From a virus (taxonomy: Duplodnaviria > Caudoviricetes), in IMG/VR virus record IMGVR_UViG_3300021364_001347, positions 1-24,721 of that record: a stretch of 24,721 bases of DNA. One strand, given 5' to 3'. Shown here in pieces: positions 1 to 9,000 of this stretch; the stretch's first letter is position 1; each line of letters begins with the position of its first letter. The notes under the pieces are model-generated. The model saw only the letters and a list, made by a program, of their open reading frames with translations, did no database searches and was not told the DNA's origin. The translations under genes and the position numbers were made by a program.

Positions 1-3000
1 CGGGTCCTTTACTGTTTGTTTCAGTAAAGAATCCGTCACCATCTACAACAATTTCTCCACTTGGTATACCAGTAGCAGTAGTCTTGTCAAGTGCGCCACC
101 TGATAAACTTGTATCAAAGTTTGTGCTTACTGGAGCTAAAGATCCGTCGCTTTCTTCTTTTCTAATGATAACTTCGTCACCGTCTGTTGTAGTGAATATA
201 CCTTGTATATCTATTTCTGTTTGCTCACCGTCACCTACGATAGTAGCCATTACAGCATTTTTGTTGGCTGTAGCAGTGCTGCCATCATATGCAGGATCGT
301 CTAGCCTTACACCATTTAGATATATGTTGTAATTTACACCATTTTCTAATGCTTTTGAAAGGGTGATAGTAGACGTGCTACCATCTAGTTTGATTACTTC
401 ATCACTAAATGTATTATCAAATGTATCCCATGGCAAATCACTAAAGCCGCCGGCACCAAACCCTTGTTCATTGCCAAAGTCAAAACTATCGTATAATGCA
501 CCTTCGTATTCTACTCCTTGCATTACTTGGCTTAATTCTTTGCCAGGCATACCTGTAGTAGGATTGTATTCATACAATACTCTATCAGCAGCATTAAGCA
601 AACTGGTTGCTTTTTTGTAATTTACGACTATAACAGCGTCAATTGCAGGATCTTCTATAAAATTAATATATCCAAAATATCTATCATAACCTTTTGTAGT
701 ATCAAGTTCATTGCCAACTTGATAATCGCTTTTTAACATTTCAACACCATTTACTGTGACACTGAATGTATCTGTTTTTACATTCATTGGCCATAGTAAA
801 GTAAACTTTTGTTTAGCACCTGTTCCTAAGAAGTTTTCTGTTTGATCAATAGTTTCAAAATATTGCTTACCGCTAACTCTATCAAACTTTACAGTCATAT
901 GTGTGCTTCTTACCAAAGGATTACCAATAATCACACTTGCTTTTACTGGATCACCGTCAGGGTCTTGATTACCACTGACTGAGACTGTAGGAGCAGATAA
1001 TACTCTGTTGCCTTTTTTAAGTATTTCAATAGATTTTACTTTACCTTTTGCAACATATGCTCTTGCAGTGGCTCCGCTGTCTCCGCTGATAGTCACATTT
1101 GGAGTATCATTAAATCCGCTGCCTCCGTCTAAGACTTCGATACTGACTATTTCGTAAGTGTTGTTATCTACCCAATTTTTGTACGGATATGTAAAGTATT
1201 TTTGCCATAAATCGCTTACTTCATTGTTTGAAAATTTAGCTACACTAGGAGTAATTTTTCCTCCAATATAACTAGGTGGTAAATCAAAGTCAGAAATCAA
1301 ACTATTAGTTGGTTCAATTTTTTCGTATGCACTTATGTATTCTCTAACACTTGTTTTATATGGTTTAACTTCGTTGATATAATCTTGATAATTTTCTAGG
1401 TTATCATTTTGATATGCAACTTTTTGCTCAAGTTCTCCAACGTTGTGTTTTGCTCTTAAGAAACTTGATTTGAATACCCAATCAACATTTTCTTGTTCAG
1501 ATAATGCATATCTTACACTTGCAAAGAATAGTTTGTTATATTCTACAGCCAATTCACCAACAAAAATATCAGTTTTTATAGCATTGACTATATTTCTTAA
1601 TTCATTGACTGGCTCTCTGTCGTAAAATGCTATGTCATACACACCTGCATCATAACCGGTTGTTTCTGTTGAGTAATTGTAAATTAAACTTGACAGTTGA
1701 ATTGTACCGTTTTGCCTACCTACAGTTTTATAATTAATTGTATAGTCTTCAGTGTCTTGATCATTTGTTTTTTCTAACAGGAGCCAACCGCCTGTTCCAA
1801 TATTTTTAATTTTAACAATGTCACCTATGTTATTGTCTAATCCAAATAATTCATAACTGGATTCTATTGTTTGATTAATAATTGTGTTTACTGAATAACC
1901 AGATGCATAATAATCAGCATAATTCCAGTATTTTGTAGTATCAAAACTTTGGTTATCTGTTCTGTTCCATTCTCTAGAAGCTGAGTTGTAAACATATATG
2001 CTCCAACGTCCGCCAATTGTTTCATCTGCGTTCACTAGAACACTAAACTCTCTAACTTTTAAAATTGTGTTAGAAGAATAGTCAAAACCTTGTTCTTTTA
2101 CTTGAACACTGGTAATTTGTCCATTGCTGTTTATTGTTGCTTTTAATTCAGCATTTTTACCTGTGACATCATCAAATTCAATTTCAGGAGCAACCTTATA
2201 TCCATTGCCTGGATTTGTGATAATTACATCAGTTATTTTTCCGTCAACAATAACAGGTGTCAGTACAGCTTGTGTCTTTTTTGCAGTTCCAACAAATTGT
2301 AAATCATTTACAGTATCAACTGCTACATCGTGTTTACCTGCTGTTAACAAAGGAGCAGGATCAACCAACAACAACTTACTAATGTTATAGTTATCAACTA
2401 TTATGTTTTGTAAAAATACAGAATTTACTCTATCAACAAATTGTTTTACGGCTTCTATTCTGTTAACAAACATACTTTGCCTTGGAATATTTAACAAACC
2501 GTACTTTTTAGAAACTTGTAGATTTTCATCAGGAACTGGATTGCCTACGTTGTCATAACCAATTAAACTATCAATCCATTTTTGTTCTATGTCTTTGCTT
2601 GGCATAGAAACATCCAATCCTTCAGTTAGCAAGTTATATTCATAATGTACAGGAACGTTTAGGTCAACATCTTTTTCTTTTCTAAAGTGTAAGATTGTGT
2701 TTTGACCTTCGATTAAACTTGCTATGTTGTACATTGCAAATTTATTATTTTCTAGTAAACTAATAAATCTGTATCCAGTTGAAGCAGGGTCAGTAATCAA
2801 ATTAGTGACAGATTCACAACTTAAGACACGACCAGGTACGTTAGGAATAATTTGAGTATTTCTTACCCAATAAAAATATTTTGTTATAAATGTTTTTCTT
2901 ACAGTATCATATACTTGCTTGCTACTAAACACCTCACTACCGTATAATGTTGTGCCTGTCACACCTCTTGAATAGCCTTCTCCTGTTCCAGCTAATTCAT

Positions 3001-6000
3001 CCCATTCGCTTGGAAGTAAATCAGATGCTACCCATTCGCAAACTTGTATTTGTGCATTAGGCAGCAATTTATGGAACACACCTGCTCTATAATTGCTATT
3101 ACCTTGATATGGATCAAACCAACTTGCTTGACTAATATCCCACCACAGTTTTCCAACATATTTGTCTGTCCAGTTAGAATTTGCGTCAACTACAACATCC
3201 TGTTCGCCTGTGCTAAATGAATACACTGCTGGATCATACCAAGTTTTAAATGTAATTTCTTGCTCTGCTGGACCTGCAATTTTTCCTTGTCTTGGATCAA
3301 TAACATCCAAACGTTGAATAATATCTTTTTTATCATCACTATACAAAAATACTTGTTGTAATTCGTCTATCTTTGGTTTAGATTGTTGACTTGTTAAAAC
3401 AGTCCAGCTATCTTTTCCTTTAATAAAGCTAAAGTCAGCTAACAAACCCTGTAGTGTGCTGTTAACATATTTAGAATTATCTGTAGCAGGATTATCTGCT
3501 GTAAGAGGAGTAATAGTTGGCATATTTAGATACAAATGATTTTGATTAAATTTGAAATCATCAAGAATGTGATTTGATGTATTTCTCTTATATTCTATAT
3601 CCTCACCGTAAACGTAAGTGTTGTTAATAAGTTGGAATACAACAATTCTACCTGTATCTTTTATTGTTCTTGATATTTCTGTATTGCCGTTGTCTAGTTT
3701 TAGTTGATAATTATCAAAACCTGTGACTTCAATAAGGTCGCTGTTTTTTCCACAAATTGCAAGTTTATTTCCACTGAAATCAACTGCACTACCAAATGCT
3801 TCATTTTTATCTGTGTACGGACTTCTTACATTTTGAGTTAGCGTGTACAAATCGCTAGATTGTTGTGTGTAAACGTATACTGTGCCAGCATCATTTGATA
3901 TATCATCATTGTATGGTGCTGCAACAGCAATACGATCGCCGTCGTCATTTATTGCAAAGTCTACACCCCAGCTTTCTCTTTTTGTGGTATCTGCTTGTAT
4001 TTCTTGAATATATTTCCATCTGTTTGCTGGCTTGTTATAAACACTAAGGGTTCTAACACCGCTTACCTCAGACTCAACAACAATTTTATCGCCTTGATCG
4101 TTTACATCAAATTTGATACCAAAGTTTGATTCTCCTGTATCAAGATCGCCATCTAGTTCTTGATATCTATTTGGAATATATCCAGTGTGTTCTATATCTT
4201 GTACTGCAATCCAGCTATTTGTATCAGTAGGCAGTTTATCAGTCACAGGAGTAGTCAAAGGAATTCTTTCAACCAGTGCTTGATACAAAGCGCCGCGATA
4301 AAATACTATGTCATTTTCTCTGTATTTTTCATTAACATCAAAAACACCTTTATAATTTCTATTTCTAGTCCATTTCCATTCTTCATCAAATTCAAAGAAG
4401 TAAACACGACCAATATCTATACCAGGAGCACTTACATACAATTGGTGTGTACCATTATTGGTTTTTCTTAACTCGACTTGGTGTCCAAATTGTTCTTCTG
4501 CATTTGGATCTGGACTACACATAACTGTGTGTAAAATGTATTCTCTTGTAGAATCGTCAAACTCATAAATGTGTACAATACCTTGATTTGTAAGTCCAGA
4601 CGGTGTTCCAAGACCTGTGTGTTCAATTCTATAGACTGCTTCCCAATCGTTGCTGTCGCTATCTGAAATAGTACTACTGTCGCTATAGCTATCATGCCAA
4701 TTGCTTACAGCCTTTTTTGCTCTCCACAAGGTTCCTCTATCAACAACTATGTCTTTTTGGTCGTATGCTTCTGTAGGATCATATGTGCCTTTGAATTGGG
4801 ATATAAAATTATCTGCTAATGGTGCACCGACTACTATCCATTTACTATCCGGTGATATTGCTACACTCGAACCGTATCCAGAATTTATGTCAGCTTCGTC
4901 TCCTGGCTCAAAAAATGCTCCTGCCGAAAATTGAAAACTTTCTGCATTCCTAGTTAGTAAAGATACTTTACCCACTCGTGTGGCTGATGTGTCTGTGCTG
5001 TCACCTTTGACAAATGTTGTATTTCCAAAGTTAACATCATAACTTTCTGCTACACGGGTAAGTTGTGAATCTAAATTTGCATATTCTTGTTGTAGAGAAA
5101 TAACACTATTATTTTCATATACACTGAAAATACCTTGTCCGTTATCGTCCACCCAAAGTCTGTCGGCTGCATCTTTTTGTATATCTTGGATATTCAAATT
5201 TAGCGTTTCAAAGTCAGCAAATCTTCTTTCTACAAATCTGCTTAAACTTGCGCCGCCAACTGCTGAAAAGCTATCATCAGGATCTTCAAAATTAATTTCA
5301 ATTTCGCTTGATCCTAAATCAAATGTAATATCACTGCCTAATACATCAGTGACTTTGTAAAATCCTTTGAAATTTGGAATACTTGAAAATATTCCAACAA
5401 TATCGCCAACAGCAATATCTTCAACTTGTCTGTCACAATTTATTTTTACTCCAGAATTACTAGACGGAAGTGTTAAATTTGTAAAGCCTAGTATTTCTAA
5501 ATCACTTTGACTGTGCTTCAATACTGTCCAAGATTGTTTATCAGTAGTGACCCAAATATGTTTGCCAATTTCTAAATTGTCAATGTCTATGTTTACAATA
5601 GAATCTTTTGATGTCACAATATATTCTACATCTTCTGATCTTACATATCCTGAATTTTTTGTATAAGTATCTGTATTAGATACAACACTGGTTAATGTAT
5701 GATCATACTCTTCTGGCGATTTAAAAACTTGATTTTTTGCAATTTCATAAACTAGGTCAGTTCTGCCAATTGTAATGTTGTTGTTAAGTTCAAACAACTG
5801 TGGTTCAATTCTGTATTTGCTTTCATCAATTTTGTATTCAATTTCTTGAATATTATCAATCGATCCGTACTGTCCAGCTCTAATTGCCCATTCTTCATAG
5901 AGTTCTACACTGTCTTTGTTAGCTGAACCTAAAGCATCAAACAATTTAGTGATAGCATTATTTGTACCTTTTTCTTGTATAAATCCTTGATAAAACTTAT

Positions 6001-9000
6001 ACTGACTTACACTGTCGTTGATAATGTTTTCCAAATATTGTCTTTTTTGATAACCTATTAAATGTTGTGCTAAACGTTGTTGTTCAGTATCAAAATTATC
6101 AGTGTCTAAGTCATAAAAATCTGCAAACTGATTAACTTTGTAATCCCAGTTTGGGTATATTTCTGAAACAGGTTTTTCACTTAGTCTACGCCATTTTGTA
6201 TTGTCAAATGTTTGCTTAGAGCTGTGATTACCAAATGCACTATAATAAAATTCTTTGTATTTTACCACATCACCTATACGATAATCAGTGTTTTCTTGCC
6301 AATCAACAATTTTGGCTTCATCGTAAAAGAATCCTGGGATACTCAAACTACCAGACCAATTGTCTGTTCTGTATCCTACTAACTTAATACGTTCTTGTCT
6401 AAATCCTGCTGCTTTATCAAAAATAGTATCAGAAAACACTGTTTGATTGTCAATTAGTACAACGTGCTCTTTTTGAACCAAAGGTAATTTAATCAAGTAT
6501 ATACCTTCTGGTGTGCCAATTGGATTAATTGTAAATCTTGTATCTTTATCTCTGAAAATATTTGTAAGACTGCTATCTATTGCATTGCCATTGCCGTCCA
6601 GTATAGCTACATCATAAAAATTATCATACACATTGTCAATAGTGAAATTCTTTTTAGAAAATATGACTTTATTAGCAGCAGGACTGATTGCTAATACTGT
6701 ATCATTATCCCAGTTTTGTGTTGTAAAGAACAAAAATTCTTTTAGTAGCAGAAGCATATCTTCCACTTGCCCACTTTCAGGATTGATGTTTTCAAAGTTC
6801 CAACCTTGATCTTTTAGGTATGCTTCGTATCCTAAAAGGAAATCTACAACATCTTGTTCAGTTTTGTAAATTTGTCCATAAGGAACACTTATAGGAGTTT
6901 TGTCAAATCTTCTTCTAATAATTCCGGTTTTACCTCCTTGAACAGGAAGCTCTGCTAATTTAGTAAAGTTTTGATTTTCGAATTCATTAGAACTTACATG
7001 AGAAACTTTTGCTCTGTAAAATTCATTGTTGTATTTGACTACTGTACCAATTGTGTATGTATTAGATTCGCTCCAGTTTAAAAACTTTTCACTTATTCCA
7101 CCAACATTAACAGCAGCATCACTTTGTGTTTCTATGTATGGGTAAATTGTAAACGACGGATTTTGACTATCATAGCCCTGTACAATGTATCCACTTTCAC
7201 TTACAGTAATCAAAATACCACTAAGTGTTGCAACTTCTTGCACCGACGAAGTGTTTAAGAAAATTTGATAGTTTTCTTCTGGAACAAATACACTGGTTTT
7301 ATTTAAAGGACTTCTACTATCAAGTAATAATTTTAATTTATTTTTTTCAGCAAAGCCAGCTAGTTTGATACTCAACTGATTATCTAATTTTTGTAGATCT
7401 TCTTTATAAGCATCATAGCTAGATGAAACTGCCCATTTTACATAATTTGATATATAATTTACCAAACCGGCAGTTAGGTGTTGTTTTGAATCTTCGCCTG
7501 TTATTGTTGGAAAAATTAAATCCTTTGTAGTGATAGCTTGACCAGTTTCGCTGTAAACAAAATTGCCTGCCATATCTTTAATAATTCTACTTCTATCGAA
7601 ACCTAATCCAAAAACTTCACATGGCTTACTGACAATCCAAGCCTTTAGTATAGCAAATCTATAATCACTACTATTTCTAAATGCACTTTCAGTTGGCCCT
7701 TGATCTCCATAAACAAACGGCTCACTTGTAGAAGGTAGATAAAATCCTTGTGCAATTCCGCTATCTAAAGGCGAACGTAAATTTCCATTGTCGTCGGTAG
7801 GAATAATAGATAGTAGATTTGGACGTTTATACTTTTCTAAAGTCTTTACAGATTTTCCAGGTTCTTTTACAAAACCGTCACGTAAATCTTGCCAAAGCAC
7901 TGTATTGCTTAGAGTATATGGCGCAGGACCATAAACATCTTGCCACCAGGAAGGTTCGATACTAAACCCTAGCATTTCCCAAGGATGAGTATGTGGACGA
8001 TCTGTGTCATAGAACTGTTTAAAGATTGCACGCCACCCACCTGGCAATCTTTTGCCATTTGTATCTGACATGTTTCTATAGTTAAATGTAAAACTATTTT
8101 CGCCGCTCCAATTTGTGTTTTCAGTGTAATTTGGATTTCCAGCTGTGCTTAACCATGAACTAAAATCTTCTAGTATTAGTCCATCGATTGTTTCTCTACT
8201 TACACCTGTGTTTCTATTGAACCCTCCAATAAAATTGTGTATGTCTAAGTATTCAGCGTTATATGATGTTTTAATATTGTTGTATATTCTTTTTTCAAGA
8301 TCTAACAATAACTCATCTCTATAGTCATCAAATCTTGTAGTATAACTACCATCATGTCCTACGATAACATTTACTTTGCCAGTAGCACCAGTAATAGTCT
8401 GGAACTCTGGCTTGTATAAAGGATATAAACCCAATTTAGTTGGTGTAGGAGGAACATAACATCCATTTGTATTTTCATATTCGTATACAACTATGTCTTG
8501 TCCTACTGTTGGATTATAGTATTTTATAAATCCGTTTTCAAAATCATAATCAACACCTTGATATTTTTGTTCGTCATCAACATAAACTAAAACTGCTTTG
8601 TTGCTGAGTGTTTGCAAATCATAATTTGTAAAACTTGTAGGCAAATATGCTGTTTCATTGTATTCAATCTCATGCACTGTTTCTGTGGTTGCATTCATTG
8701 GAACCATATCAGTTGCAAAAAACGGCATGCTTGACGTTTTATCTTTGTTAAGAGTGTTCATTATCAAGTCAACATGCTTTTTGACATCTCCATGAAAACC
8801 GGTTTGGTTTGCTTGATACAAAAAACTATTTTTAAATCTACTGTATTCTTTCATAGCAAATTGAATAGATTTAATTATGTTCGCATTTTTATCAACTAAA
8901 TGGTATGCTGCAAGATTTACAGGCCCGCTGTGTTTCATAAACTGCGTTCCGTACTGAGCAATGTTTTCTAAATCTCTTAGATTTGTATTTCCGGGAATGC

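Noticed and set aside
4468-4695. 75-aa minus-strand ORF
   Set aside because: Alternate frame inside the giant gene, whose own frame encodes clear FG-GAP and CBM-like motifs around here.
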